A stretch of DNA of 64,000 nt from Candidatus Atabeyarchaeum deiterrae. Its GTDB lineage: Archaea; Asgardarchaeota; Atabeyarchaeia; Atabeyarchaeales; Atabeyarchaeaceae. A program made the translations under genes and the position numbers. Numbering within the stretch: position 1 is the stretch's first letter; each line of letters begins with the position of its first letter. Below, piece after piece: positions 1 through 9,824 of this stretch. The notes beneath the pieces were generated by a model. It made no database searches and was not told the origin of the DNA. It saw only the letters and a program-made list of their open reading frames with translations. Location of the stretch: NCBI GenBank assembly GCA_037310415.1, contig CP147780.1, positions 64,001-128,000 on the forward strand, in the 5' to 3' direction.

Positions 1-909
1 GTTCTCAGCCAAAGTGGCGGCGTTGGAGCAGCACTCATAGATTGGGCGATTTTCTATGGAGAAGGCATTAGCAAGTTTATTTGGCTTGGCGATAAGGCTG
101 ACGTCTCTGAGGTCGAATTGCTAGACTACCTGGGTCAAGATGAAGATACCAAAGTCATTACGATGTATCTTGAGAGTGTCAAAGATGGCCGCAGATTTCT
201 GAAAACGGTAAGGCAGGTGACTGAAAGAAAACCGATTGTGGTACTCAAGGGCGGAGTTTCTGAAGAGGCAAAAGCTAGGGCGCTGAGCCACACGGCAGCG
301 ATAAGCGCCGGAAGCGATATGATATTCAGAGTCGGAGCCAAGCAGAATGGCGCCATCGTTGTTGATTCAATGGAGAAACTGTTCATTGCAGGTGAAGTTC
401 TTGAGAAACAGCCTCCGATGAAGGGAAACCAAGTGCTAATAGTGTCGAACGTCGGAGGCCCCGCTGTTCTTGCTGCCGATGCAGTTCAGCAGTATGGATT
501 GAGACTCGCTAAACTCTCAGAAGAAACAGGCAGAAGAATAGAAGCGAAATACCCCGGGGTTGAATCGATAAACCCTCTTGACATTATTGCCGACGCGAGA
601 GCCGATCGCTATGAGGATATTCTGGAGAACTCAATGGCAGAAGACCAGGTTAGCGGCGTTATGGTGATCAACATGTTGAAATCGTGTCTCACACTTCCTG
701 AAGATGTCAAGGTTATTGCGGAAGTGGCTTCGAGACACCCAGACAAGCCTATCGTGGATTGTATTCCCGGCGGTGATGATTATGAGAAGATACGTGAAAC
801 TCTGAGTGACACAACGGTGCCTGTGTTTAACACGCCTGATAAGGCTGTCTTTGCACTCAAGATACTCAGTGAGTATGGTGAATATCTCTCAAGAATCAGA
901 AAGAAATAA
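1..909 (+). CDS. acdA: ADP-forming acetate/acyl-CoA ligase alpha subunit, 5'-truncated by the window edge
   Basis: Frame is open from base 1 (VLSQSGGVGAAL...GDKADV...YLES). It has the SQSG motif, the phospho-His motif SHTAA, and NVGGP and NPLDI motifs. Confidence 0.9.
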   Translation, partial: VLSQSGGVGAALIDWAIFYGEGISKFIWLGDKADVSEVELLDYLGQDEDTKVITMYLESVKDGRRFLKTVRQVTERKPIVVLKGGVSEEAKARALSHTAAISAGSDMIFRVGAKQNGAIVVDSMEKLFIAGEVLEKQPPMKGNQVLIVSNVGGPAVLAADAVQQYGLRLAKLSEETGRRIEAKYPGVESINPLDIIADARADRYEDILENSMAEDQVSGVMVINMLKSCLTLPEDVKVIAEVASRHPDKPIVDCIPGGDDYEKIRETLSDTTVPVFNTPDKAVFALKILSEYGEYLSRIRKK

Positions 910-988
910 CTCGTGGAGTGACTCCTTCCCGATAAATGATCGGTGCCTGTCTTCTCTCAGAAGAATCAGTTTCCGAACTCATGTAATT

Positions 989-2317
989 CTATAACTTGAT
1001 CTTCTTTAGAAAATTCGAGACTACGTCGTCGAGGTTTGGCTTAGTTATCTCCTCAAGTTCGTAAGAGACTTTCGCCAGTGGTTTGTCAATTTTCATTATC
1101 CTGTTGAGGTCTATTGGTGTGGCCGAGAGCACTGTGTCGCAGGGCGTGGCCTTGATCGTCTTCTCAAGGTCCTTTATCTGTTCTGGGGAGTAGCCCATTG
1201 TTGGCAATAGTGCCCCTACCTGCTTGTACTTGTTGAACGTGTCTTTTATTGATCCAGCGGCGTAGGGATGTGGATCTATTATCTTTGCTTTCATTTGCTT
1301 CGCCGCGACAGTTCCCGCCCCATAAGGGGTTTGTCCATGTGTGACGGTGGGGCCGTCTTCAATGACTAATACGCTCTTACCTTTGACTAGTTCTGGTCTG
1401 TCTATCTTTATTGCTGATTTTGCCTCAATAATCTCCGCCTTTGGATTCACTTTCTTAATATTGGATTTGATGAGTTCGACATCTTCCTTTTTTGCTACGT
1501 CAACTTTGTTTATCACTACCACATCTGACATGATCACGTTTGCTTCTCCGGGATAGGCTCCAACCTCTTGTCCAGGTCTTAATGCATCCGCCACAGTGAT
1601 CAGTAGGTCAGGCACGTAGAAAGACATGTCATTGTTACCGCCATCCCAGAGGATTACTTGAGCTTCCTTCTCAGCTTGGCGAAGTATCCTTTCGTAGTCA
1701 ACTCCAGCATATACTATTGTTCCAGCAGATATGTGAGGCTCATACTCTTCTCTTTCCTCGATGGTGCAGCGGGCTTTGTCCATATCTTCCAGCGTCGCGA
1801 ATCTCTGAACAGCCTGCGAAGCAATATTAGGATCGTAGGGCATTGGGTGGCGAACAGCGACGAGTTCTATGCCTCTGTTCCGAAGAATCCTTGCTATCCT
1901 CCTAGTCGCTGTGCTCTTGCCAGCACCTGTTCTTACTGCACATATTCCTATGACTGGAACCTTAGATTTCAGGCAGGTAGACTTAGGTCCCATTAACCTA
2001 AAATCCGCACCCGAGGCTAAAACCACGGAGGCTTTGTGCATGACAAGGTCGTAGGTGAGGTCACTATAAGCCAGGATGACTTCATCCACTCCATGTTTCT
2101 TAACGAGTTCCGCCAATTCCTCTTCCGGACGAACAGGAACCCCATTTGGATACAGTTTCCCTGAAAGCTCAGGAGGATAAGTTCTGCATTCGATTCCAGG
2201 TATTTGGGTCGCGGTAAATGCGACAACCTCAAAATTCCTATTGTCCCTGAAGAACACGTTGAAGTTGTGAAAATCCCTTCCTGCAGCACCCATTATGATT
2301 ACTTTCCGCCTCTCCAT
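989..2317 (-). CDS. arcE: COG2403 P-loop protein, ArcE arginine synthetase-like (often annotated cyclic 2,3-DPG synthetase or GTPase)
   Basis: GAAGRDFHNFN, AVRTGAGKS P-loop, RHPMPY, CTIEEREEYEPH, WDGGNND and EDGPT motifs. Confidence 0.8.
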   Translation of the reverse strand: MERRKVIIMGAAGRDFHNFNVFFRDNRNFEVVAFTATQIPGIECRTYPPELSGKLYPNGVPVRPEEELAELVKKHGVDEVILAYSDLTYDLVMHKASVVLASGADFRLMGPKSTCLKSKVPVIGICAVRTGAGKSTATRRIARILRNRGIELVAVRHPMPYDPNIASQAVQRFATLEDMDKARCTIEEREEYEPHISAGTIVYAGVDYERILRQAEKEAQVILWDGGNNDMSFYVPDLLITVADALRPGQEVGAYPGEANVIMSDVVVINKVDVAKKEDVELIKSNIKKVNPKAEIIEAKSAIKIDRPELVKGKSVLVIEDGPTVTHGQTPYGAGTVAAKQMKAKIIDPHPYAAGSIKDTFNKYKQVGALLPTMGYSPEQIKDLEKTIKATPCDTVLSATPIDLNRIMKIDKPLAKVSYELEEITKPNLDDVVSNFLKKIKL

Positions 2318-2536
2318 CTCGAACCCTTCCTAGGCCAGTCTTCAGTACCTGAGATCTGCTCATCCCATTAACTGAAACGCGGATTTATCGGCGTCATAGT
2401 TGATGAGTAACATTCGCAATGATGACGAAGATGACTAGCTCAAGGGCGATTTAAAAAGGTATTGTATTGAAAATTCAAGCAAGGTCTGCTCAAAAAAGTC
2501 GGAAACAGTCAAAAAGCAAGAGGATTTCTAATCCTA

Positions 2537-2568
2537 TCAAGGCTCTCATGTTCCTCCCAGAGCCTTGA
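2537..2568. terminator. Perfect 10-bp inverted repeat (hairpin); terminator or binding site
   Basis: TCAAGGCTCT-N12-AGAGCCTTGA, intergenic between two minus-strand genes. Confidence 0.4.
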
Positions 2569-2710
2569 ACGAAAAATCAATTCACGTTCCAACTCATAGT
2601 CCCAGCGAGCAGGCATATAACATTCGAAACCAGATGCACACATTTTTCTCGCCCATCGATAGGTAACTGGCAGATCAATTCTTCAACGCCGTGCACGACG
2701 GAGTGAGGGT

Positions 2711-2965
2711 TCATGATTTTGTCCAGTATTCCACTCCGCAGTGTTCACAAACCACTTTCTGCCTGAATTTGCCGGACGAAGAATAGTAGACTTCTATTTT
2801 GAAGTTGCTGTCACAAGACGCGCATCTGCATTCTGGGCCTGCGTCTTTGACCTCGATGAGTATCAGATCCTTTTCCGGTTCGCTGTTGTCTTTGAGTTTC
2901 TTTTGGAGGATGTCCTTCCAGCATGTACCTTCGGCATTCGTCACATTTGATTCCTCACAGTTCAA
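2711..2965 (-). CDS. Small Zn-ribbon protein
   Basis: CRCASC and CEHCG cysteine motifs. Confidence 0.6.
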   Translation of the reverse strand: MNCEESNVTNAEGTCWKDILQKKLKDNSEPEKDLILIEVKDAGPECRCASCDSNFKIEVYYSSSGKFRQKVVCEHCGVEYWTKS

Positions 2966-3303
2966 AAATCAGAACCTGTATCACATCTTCCTTCGATTCG
3001 TTCGATTAGTCTACTTCCAGAAAATAGCATGTTCCCGAAGTGACATCGCGGAGGACTGCGAGTCAATTCAAGTATCACAGATCTAACCTGACCATATTAA
3101 GTTTTTGTGACTTTCTGAAGTTCAGCCCATTTCAGATGCAAAGTTATCAAAAGCGGAGATACACCGTTTTCGATCACACCGCAAAGTATCGCAAAAAAGA
3201 AAAGCGTATTAGGATTTCGATACTGCGGAATCGGGCAGCGAAACCGCATCACCAACTCATACCCAACGAAGTCAGCGCTAGCTTTATTGTAAGCGTAGGT
3301 CTT

Positions 3304-3672
3304 TCATTCTTTCTGCACTGTTATGCTGATCGTGGACACGTTTCTTGTTCTTCCGTCTTCTTCCTTGATTGCTTCTGTCCCGATTTCTATTGCCTTGACT
3401 TTGCATTTTCCTTGCAGAAATCTTGTTCTGGCTATTTCAACGACGTCAACGGCCTTTGAGATAGCTCTACCACGGGCTTTGATGGAAATGTCGCCCGGGC
3501 TCTTGTTGAACTGAAAGACTGTCGCAACGACGTAGTTCATGGTGTCTTTGTTCCCCACAAAGATCACATTCTCAGGGGAACGCTCACCTTGGTACGAACG
3601 TTCTTTCGGAGGAGCACGCTCCCTTGGAGCTTCAGCTGCTGCTTCTTGATCCGTTCTCTTTTTTCCAGGCAT
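3304..3672 (-). CDS. albA: DNA/RNA-binding protein Alba with N-terminal extension
   Basis: NVIFVGNKDTMNYV, IKARGRAISKAVDVVEI, IEIGTE and VSTISI motifs. Confidence 0.95.
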   Translation of the reverse strand: MPGKKRTDQEAAAEAPRERAPPKERSYQGERSPENVIFVGNKDTMNYVVATVFQFNKSPGDISIKARGRAISKAVDVVEIARTRFLQGKCKVKAIEIGTEAIKEEDGRTRNVSTISITVQKE

Positions 3673-3782
3673 TTTTGGTCACACTCTATCTACAAGTCTC
3701 GACTCATCGTTTCCGTTTGGGTAAGTAACAGTCCAGCTCTGTTAGAGTTCTTCACTCTGTTTTGGATTAGAGAAATGTACGC

Positions 3783-3799
3783 ATATTTAATCCTTTTCC
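3783..3799 (-). promoter_or_regulatory. BRE-TATA promoter of albA
   Basis: Minus strand reads GGAAAAGG-ATTAAATAT about 110 nt upstream of the start codon. Confidence 0.6.
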
Positions 3800-4065
3800 A
3801 GTAGAGCTCATGATCCATAGGTGTGGAAATTTGCCCCCCTATTCTTCTGCTTCGGTCAAACGCTCACCCATAACTGCGATGGCACATTGTTGAAGTGTCT
3901 TTTTGCGCATATCAATATGTTTTTAGGGAGCGAGGATGGACTGATGCATTATGGTGTGAGACGCGGAGGTATATCTTACAGTTGATCAGACAACCGATTC
4001 TTACAAACAAGGTGAGTCTCGAAGGGAGAAAGGTATCTTCGCGGCAGGTGACCACGCGAAAGCCT

Positions 4066-4575
4066 ATGAAAATGCTTCTTGTAATGGGAGTATTTCTTTA
4101 TTTAGCGCTCAGCAGGATTCTCCTTGCTGGTCAGATAATCTACAACTTCAATGCTTACGCTCAAGCTTATCCCCAATTGGCCACAACTCTACTTGCGCTC
4201 GACGGTGTTGAAATCATCATCGCCGTCATACTCATTCTAGGACTCTACTCCGCTTTGGTGTATCGGAGAAGTTACTTAGGTAAGATTGCCTGTTTGGCAA
4301 TGATTATCGCAGGAATTGTTGATCCACTTAGTCAGTTTGGTCTTATTGAGAGCGCGCTTGGAGCGTTTCTATTCTTCATATTCACGATGCGGGACGTCAA
4401 GAACGCCTATGCACTGAAAGAGGGGCGTCCGATAGAGAAAGAGGGAGTAGAATCTGCCGATTTGACTTATCCCCGAGAGAAACGGAAGGTGGGCGTGATA
4501 TGCCCGAAGTGTGGGATGCATTTGCCTCCATCAGCGACGGTATGCCGCCGCTGTGGAACAAGAATACCATACTAA
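4066..4575 (+). CDS. Membrane protein (about 4 TM) with C-terminal zinc ribbon; start uncertain (4012-4066)
   Basis: Hydrophobic helices followed by CPKCG...CRRCG; AGGTGA SD-like site near 4046. Confidence 0.75.
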   Translation: MKMLLVMGVFLYLALSRILLAGQIIYNFNAYAQAYPQLATTLLALDGVEIIIAVILILGLYSALVYRRSYLGKIACLAMIIAGIVDPLSQFGLIESALGAFLFFIFTMRDVKNAYALKEGRPIEKEGVESADLTYPREKRKVGVICPKCGMHLPPSATVCRRCGTRIPY

Positions 4576-4643
4576 CAGATTTGAAAGAGCAGACACAATG
4601 ACTGACATTCAAGAGATGAATAGTATCAGGAGAGGATTACGGT

Positions 4644-5033
4644 TTGGGGATAGTTAAGAATAGTTCGTTGGTCTTGTTGTTACTAGTAAGCGCACTTTTG
4701 ATTCTGCCGTATATGATTCCAGGATTTGAATGGACGCTGGAGGAGCTTCTGGTGCTGTACGGCTTTGGATTCGCTTGCATTATCCTATACTTCGCTACAA
4801 GCTCAAGCCCGAAAAAGGGCGAGAAAAGACCTGCTCAGGGCAAAGACGTTCAGTTCAAGACGGTGACCTCAGTTGCATGCTACAAATGTGATTTCAAAGA
4901 AGAAAGAGAATTCAGTAGAGGCGACTACGTCGGCAAAACTGTTGGCAAATGCCCCAAGTGCAATGGCGAAAGCTACATCAAAACCATTTACGCGATTGAA
5001 GAAAAGAAAGGAAAACATGCTCAGACTCCTTGA
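4644..5033 (+). CDS. 2-TM protein with archaeal Zn-ribbon domain
   Basis: Two TM helices, then CYKC...REFSRGDYVGK...CPKCNG...IKTIY. Confidence 0.8.
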   Translation: MGIVKNSSLVLLLLVSALLILPYMIPGFEWTLEELLVLYGFGFACIILYFATSSSPKKGEKRPAQGKDVQFKTVTSVACYKCDFKEEREFSRGDYVGKTVGKCPKCNGESYIKTIYAIEEKKGKHAQTP

Positions 5034-5059
5034 GTGACAAAACTACTTTTCCCCCCTTC

Positions 5060-5527
5060 TTATTCTGGGGGAGCAGTTATGCCCATTTTGTCCAGTGTTT
5101 TCCTGAGCCAGTAGTTGTCTTCTATCAAATAGGAGAACTTGGCATAGATTTCCTGCTTTGCTTTTTTATTGCCGCCTTCGATTACCTTGATCAGTTCCTT
5201 TCCTAACTTAATGTTGTCGGTTCCACCAAGTCCCTTGGTATCGGCCAGCTTCACGGCTTTCGAGGCCTCTTCTTTGTTGCCTGAACGCAGCAATATGATG
5301 GTAGCGCAGAGGAATGAATCAGATGCTCCTGTCTTGTCTTTTCCCTTTATGCTTTCTTCAGCCGAGTTGAGAAAGCATTGTGAAGCCTTGCTGAAGTCTT
5401 TGGTATCGGAGTAGCAGAAACCAGCGCTCTTCCAACGTTCCGCGGTAATGGTATGGTCACCAGTTTTCGCCTCAGCTTCAGCTTCTTCAGTGAAGTTTTT
5501 GCACTCGTCGGACAAAAAGGCATGCAC
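5060..5527 (-). CDS. Helical-repeat protein, TPR/SNAP-like
   Basis: AERWKSAGFCY...FSKASQCFLNSAE...ASDSFLCA has the small/aromatic periodicity of SNAP and TPR repeats. Confidence 0.55.
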   Translation of the reverse strand: MHAFLSDECKNFTEEAEAEAKTGDHTITAERWKSAGFCYSDTKDFSKASQCFLNSAEESIKGKDKTGASDSFLCATIILLRSGNKEEASKAVKLADTKGLGGTDNIKLGKELIKVIEGGNKKAKQEIYAKFSYLIEDNYWLRKTLDKMGITAPPE

Positions 5528-5719
5528 CTCTTCTCTTGAGTATTTCTTTCGTTGATGAGACTGCGTACGACCTTAAAAAGCTATTCTCTGATGAGGGAAA
5601 GAGTCTAAATAACCGAATTGGTAATCTCTGGGAGGGACTCTCTGAGTCATGTTCTCTTTGATATGACGGCGGATGGCAGCTATTGTTACGAATCTCAGCA
5701 ATAAGGGAGAGAGAAGCGT

Positions 5720-6583
5720 TTGCGAGTTGCATTGAGTACGAGTTGCTTTCTGGAGAAATATGAGGGATACATAGCTCAGTCAGAGGTCCCTGAGAGTGTT
5801 GTCAACAATTCTGATTTGGAGCTGCAGATTGACAGAGGTTTCACCTTCAACGACTTCGCCAAGGCTCATGTGAAATCTATCCACCTTCCTTTTGCTCGAT
5901 TCATACCAGCCATGAAAGGCGGCAGAAGGGTTTGCCTCGAAGGGAGAAACGTGAACATAGCAAGCATAGATGAGAAAAAATGGATACGCGATCTCGAGTA
6001 CTACAAAGATGTAATAAAGCTGTCTCGCGGAAGAGGAATCGAGAACGCCATAGTGCACTATGGCAACTGCACCTGTGGTGGGGAGGCCTACAAGAATCCG
6101 CATCATAGGGAGCTCCACTGGAAGATGGAAGTAAGGTTTCTAAAAGAAGTTAGTAGAGACTTGAAGGAGGCTGGGATAAGATTACTCGTGGAGAACCATC
6201 CGTACCAGGATCGAGTCTTCAAGAATCATGGCACGCATATTCAGAGGATTATCGATGAGAAAGTGGCTCATCTTTGTTTGGATCTTCCTCATGCTTTCAT
6301 AAGACATTCCAAGTTTGGCGATGAGGAGCCTATGAAGTTAATAGAGAAGTTTTACAGGAGTATTTTTGAGATACACCTTGCTGATAATGATGGGGAAGTG
6401 AACGAGTCACTTAGTTTGGGAACTGGGAAAATGCCTTGGCAGAAGCTTATCGATGCTATCGGCGACAAACAGAGGAATATGCTTGTTGTTCTGGAGTTGC
6501 ATGGTGATCCGATGCCATCCATGGATCAGCTCAAAGCGCACATAATAGAAAACGACGCAGAAATGGGCACAGGGAAGACGTGA
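5720..6583 (+). CDS. Sugar phosphate isomerase/epimerase (AP endonuclease 2 TIM barrel)
   Basis: SIHLP, LLVENH, LCLDLPH, EIHLADNDG, LGTGKMPW and VVLE metal-binding motifs. Confidence 0.85.
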   Translation: MRVALSTSCFLEKYEGYIAQSEVPESVVNNSDLELQIDRGFTFNDFAKAHVKSIHLPFARFIPAMKGGRRVCLEGRNVNIASIDEKKWIRDLEYYKDVIKLSRGRGIENAIVHYGNCTCGGEAYKNPHHRELHWKMEVRFLKEVSRDLKEAGIRLLVENHPYQDRVFKNHGTHIQRIIDEKVAHLCLDLPHAFIRHSKFGDEEPMKLIEKFYRSIFEIHLADNDGEVNESLSLGTGKMPWQKLIDAIGDKQRNMLVVLELHGDPMPSMDQLKAHIIENDAEMGTGKT

Positions 6584-6721
6584 TGCGGATCTGATGAGGG
6601 TAGGAGTCCTTATTTTTCCGTTTCTTCTTGATTCTTCCTTCTGAAGATCAGCTAAACTGAGCATCGTTCATGAGCTGGGCTCATGCACTCATTTCTGATC
6701 TCGCCGTAGTGCCCGATCAAA

Positions 6722-6739
6722 AACCTATTAATATAGGTT
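6722..6739. promoter_or_regulatory. Palindromic operator overlapping the TATA box of the thiolase operon
   Basis: AACCTAT-TAAT-ATAGGTT, a perfect 7-bp inverted repeat about 65 bp before the TTG start at 6802. Confidence 0.55.
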
Positions 6740-6801
6740 GCTGGATAAACGAAATCGCGATAATATGGCTTTACAGTATTCACTTGGAGGGTCTGAGATT
6801 A

Positions 6802-8001
6802 TTGAGAAAGGTAGCAATTGTCGGAGCAGGTTTAACACGGTTCTCTGCTTCAAGACACGACGCAAACCAAGAAGAGATGCTCGCCGAGGCGATGAGACAA
6901 GCCACAGAAAATATGGGGACCACGTGGAGTGATTTGCGCAACGAGGTCAACATGGGAATAGGATCTTATTGTAGTGATTTCTTCAATCAGCAGCTGATGT
7001 TCGGCGCGACAGTCCAAGACTACTTTGGGCTGTGCCCAAGATCAAACGTAAGAGTTGAAGCTGTCGGCGCTACTGGCGGGCAGGCGATACGGACTGCTTA
7101 TGCGTATATAGCTGCAAACACTCTGTACGATGTTATTGTCGTGTTCAGTTGGGAGAAGATGTCAGAGGTCAACTATGAGCAGGCGTTGGACTTCCTGGGA
7201 AGAAACTTGGATCTTGATTTTGAATACTATCCTCTAGGAGTCACCATCCCTACGATACATGGTATGATGGCGCAAGCTTACACTAGGAAGTACGGCACTG
7301 GTAGAGAGCAGATCGCCAAGGTGGCCATCAAGAATAGGAAGAATGCATTAGGAAACCCATTCGCAGGATTTGGAGCAGAAATCGGTGTTGAGGATGTACT
7401 GAATTCTAAGCTCCTTTACAGTCCTCTGGGAGAGTTGGATTTTGCTCCAGCTTCCGATGGAGCAGCGGTTCTAGTATTGGCATCAGAGGAAAAGGCAAAG
7501 CAGTTTACAGACACTCCCATATGGATCTCTGGAACTGGCTGCGGAACAGATAAGACGTTTTACAGAAGAACCCGAGATGAAATACCAGCACTAAATTCGA
7601 CCAAGGTAGCCGCCGAGCAGGCTTACAAGATGGCTGGAATAGGAAACCCAGTAAAGGAACTTGACTTTGCTGAAGTCTATGACATGTCAACGATCTATGA
7701 GATCATGGCTTACGAGTCGCTGGGGTTCTGCGCCAAGGGTGAAGGAACTAGACTTCTTGATGAAGGATTGACTGAGAAAGATGGAGAGCTTCCTGTCAAC
7801 GTTGGAGGAGGATGCTTTGGGGCAGGCACGGCGTTAGGAGCAATTGGAGTAAAACAAGCGGTTGAGGCTTTTTGGCAGTTGAGAGGCGAAGCAGACAAGC
7901 GACTCAAGAGTGGCATGCAGGTTGAAGACGCGGAGAAAGCCCTATTACATGTAGAGTCAGGATACGGCGCTTATGGCGTGGTTCACATACTGGAGAAGTG
8001 A
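6802..8001 (+). CDS. Thiolase-superfamily protein (SCP2-thiolase-like), catalytic residues degenerate
   Basis: MRKVAIVGAG start after GGAGG. Has KNRKNALGNP, SDGAA and LPVNVGGG. Cys is absent (EAVGATG), HDAF has become YDMS and GHP has become GTA. Confidence 0.9.
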   Translation: MRKVAIVGAGLTRFSASRHDANQEEMLAEAMRQATENMGTTWSDLRNEVNMGIGSYCSDFFNQQLMFGATVQDYFGLCPRSNVRVEAVGATGGQAIRTAYAYIAANTLYDVIVVFSWEKMSEVNYEQALDFLGRNLDLDFEYYPLGVTIPTIHGMMAQAYTRKYGTGREQIAKVAIKNRKNALGNPFAGFGAEIGVEDVLNSKLLYSPLGELDFAPASDGAAVLVLASEEKAKQFTDTPIWISGTGCGTDKTFYRRTRDEIPALNSTKVAAEQAYKMAGIGNPVKELDFAEVYDMSTIYEIMAYESLGFCAKGEGTRLLDEGLTEKDGELPVNVGGGCFGAGTALGAIGVKQAVEAFWQLRGEADKRLKSGMQVEDAEKALLHVESGYGAYGVVHILEK

Positions 8002-8049
8002 GTAGAAGGCAAGACACGCAATAAGATGTGATATGAGGAGGATTAAAGC

Positions 8050-8514
8050 ATGACAAGAATCTCCAAGACAGAACCTTTGACAATAGTGAAAGATTACAGA
8101 ATAAGATACCAATCCACGTTAGGAGAGGTATCGAAGTTCTTCCTAGACATGGCGAATGAGGGGAAGGTCATGGGAACCCGATGCGAAAAATGCGGGAAAA
8201 CGTATGTCCCCCCTTACCCAAACTGTCCTGACTGCTTCGGCAAAACAAGTTGGGTTGAGGCGCCTAGCAGCGGAGTGGTAGAAGCTTTCACAGTATGCTA
8301 TACGCAGCCTCGCCACTTCAAGAGAAAGCTGCCCTATACGATCGCGTACGTAAGGTTGGACGGGGTAGATACACTGCTCCCAGGTGTGCTCGAAGGCGAT
8401 TCAAGCAAGGTTGAAGAAGGAGCCAAGGTCGCCCTGAAAACAAGGACTCCAAAGAGTGGGTCCAGATGGGGAGTATACGAATCAGACTACTACTTCGAAT
8501 TGGTTAAGGAGTGA
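8050..8514 (+). CDS. DUF35 Zn-ribbon/OB-fold acyl-CoA-binding protein
   Basis: GTRCEKCGKTYVPP...CPDC...GVVEAFTV...PYTIAYVRLDG. Confidence 0.92.
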   Translation: MTRISKTEPLTIVKDYRIRYQSTLGEVSKFFLDMANEGKVMGTRCEKCGKTYVPPYPNCPDCFGKTSWVEAPSSGVVEAFTVCYTQPRHFKRKLPYTIAYVRLDGVDTLLPGVLEGDSSKVEEGAKVALKTRTPKSGSRWGVYESDYYFELVKE

Positions 8515-8520
8515 GAGGAA

Positions 8521-9801
8521 GTGGATAAACGAGTCGCAATAGTTGGAGCAGGATTGGGAAAGTTCGACAAGCCGAGAGAAGACAGGAGAGTCAGAGAACT
8601 CGTAGCCGAATCAGTTAGAATGGCCTTTGACTTCACACCAAATCTCTCGAAAGACGACATAGATATGGGCGTTGCGTCTTATTTCGCAACACACTTTGAT
8701 CAAGAGCACAACCCGGCAATAAGCTGCTGGGATTACATGGGCATGACACCAAAGCCGCTTCTGCACATTGAAGGAGGTGGCGCAACTGGAGCGCTGGCCA
8801 TTTGGGCAGCTTGGCACTACATAAAATCTGGTTTAGCTGATGTAATATTGGTTTATGGACTTGAAACCCAGTCAACCGTGGATTCATCTCTGGCAAACGA
8901 GTTCATAGCCGCTGCATCCGATACTGACTTTGACTACAGTCTGGGAGGATTCTACACTGGCTACTATGCATTGATGTGCACGAGACACTACGAGTTGTAC
9001 AAGACTAATCCTGTGCACACAGCAATGATAGCAGTGAAGAACAAGAGAAACGCTCTGAATAAACCGTTTGCTGAGTTCGGCGCAAACATTACCGTTGAAG
9101 ATGTGTTGAAGTCAAGGTTCATTGCGAGTCCACTTAAGATCTTTGATTGCTGCATGTTGACTGACGGTGCAGCATGTGTCGTGTTGGCATCTGAAGAAAA
9201 AGCGAGAAAATTAACTGATTCACCTATCTGGATCACGGGTGCTGGTGGCGGAAGCGACGCAATGAGACCAGGAGATAGACCCATCGCTGCAGCAGGGACT
9301 TGGGAGAAGGGCGCAAAGACGCCAATCATCAATCCTGATGAAAACATCCAAGCGCTCGCCAAGGTATTATACCCTGACATTCAGTCATTCGGCGCTTGCA
9401 GAGAGGCTGCGAGACAGGCTTACAAGCTGGCAAACATTACCAACCCACTTAAGCAGATCCATCTGGCAGAGTTGCATGACGCCTATACTTCAAGTGAAAT
9501 GCAAACCTACGAGGACATAGGATTCATCCCACATGGAAAGACAGGCAAATGGATTGAGGAAGGCGGACCTTTCGTGGATGGAGATCTCCCCTGTAATCCA
9601 AGTGGTGGACTGATTGGAGTGGGTCACCCCGTCGGGGCAACGGGAATCATGAGCGCGTTCTTCGCATACCATCAGGTGCTGGGAGATGAACCGAAGTTCT
9701 GCACAAACAAAAGCACCGAAGTTCAACGAGCAGAGAAGGCAGTTGTACACTCACATGCTGGGACAGGGACCTACATAGTTGTCATGGTCCTTGAGAAATG
9801 A
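8521..9801 (+). CDS. Thiolase-superfamily protein (SCP2-thiolase-like)
   Basis: EGGGATG (no nucleophilic Cys), TDGAA, ELHDAYT and GHPVGATG. Confidence 0.92.
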   Translation: MDKRVAIVGAGLGKFDKPREDRRVRELVAESVRMAFDFTPNLSKDDIDMGVASYFATHFDQEHNPAISCWDYMGMTPKPLLHIEGGGATGALAIWAAWHYIKSGLADVILVYGLETQSTVDSSLANEFIAAASDTDFDYSLGGFYTGYYALMCTRHYELYKTNPVHTAMIAVKNKRNALNKPFAEFGANITVEDVLKSRFIASPLKIFDCCMLTDGAACVVLASEEKARKLTDSPIWITGAGGGSDAMRPGDRPIAAAGTWEKGAKTPIINPDENIQALAKVLYPDIQSFGACREAARQAYKLANITNPLKQIHLAELHDAYTSSEMQTYEDIGFIPHGKTGKWIEEGGPFVDGDLPCNPSGGLIGVGHPVGATGIMSAFFAYHQVLGDEPKFCTNKSTEVQRAEKAVVHSHAGTGTYIVVMVLEK

Positions 9802-9824
9802 TAGAAAAGGAGAGGATAACCAAA

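Noticed and set aside
6670-6801. N-terminal extension of the first thiolase as given in the ORF track
   Set aside because: The region contains the TATA/operator and SD, and homology begins at the TTG at 6802. Over-extended starts at 3895, 32207, 32752 and 36233 were trimmed for similar reasons.
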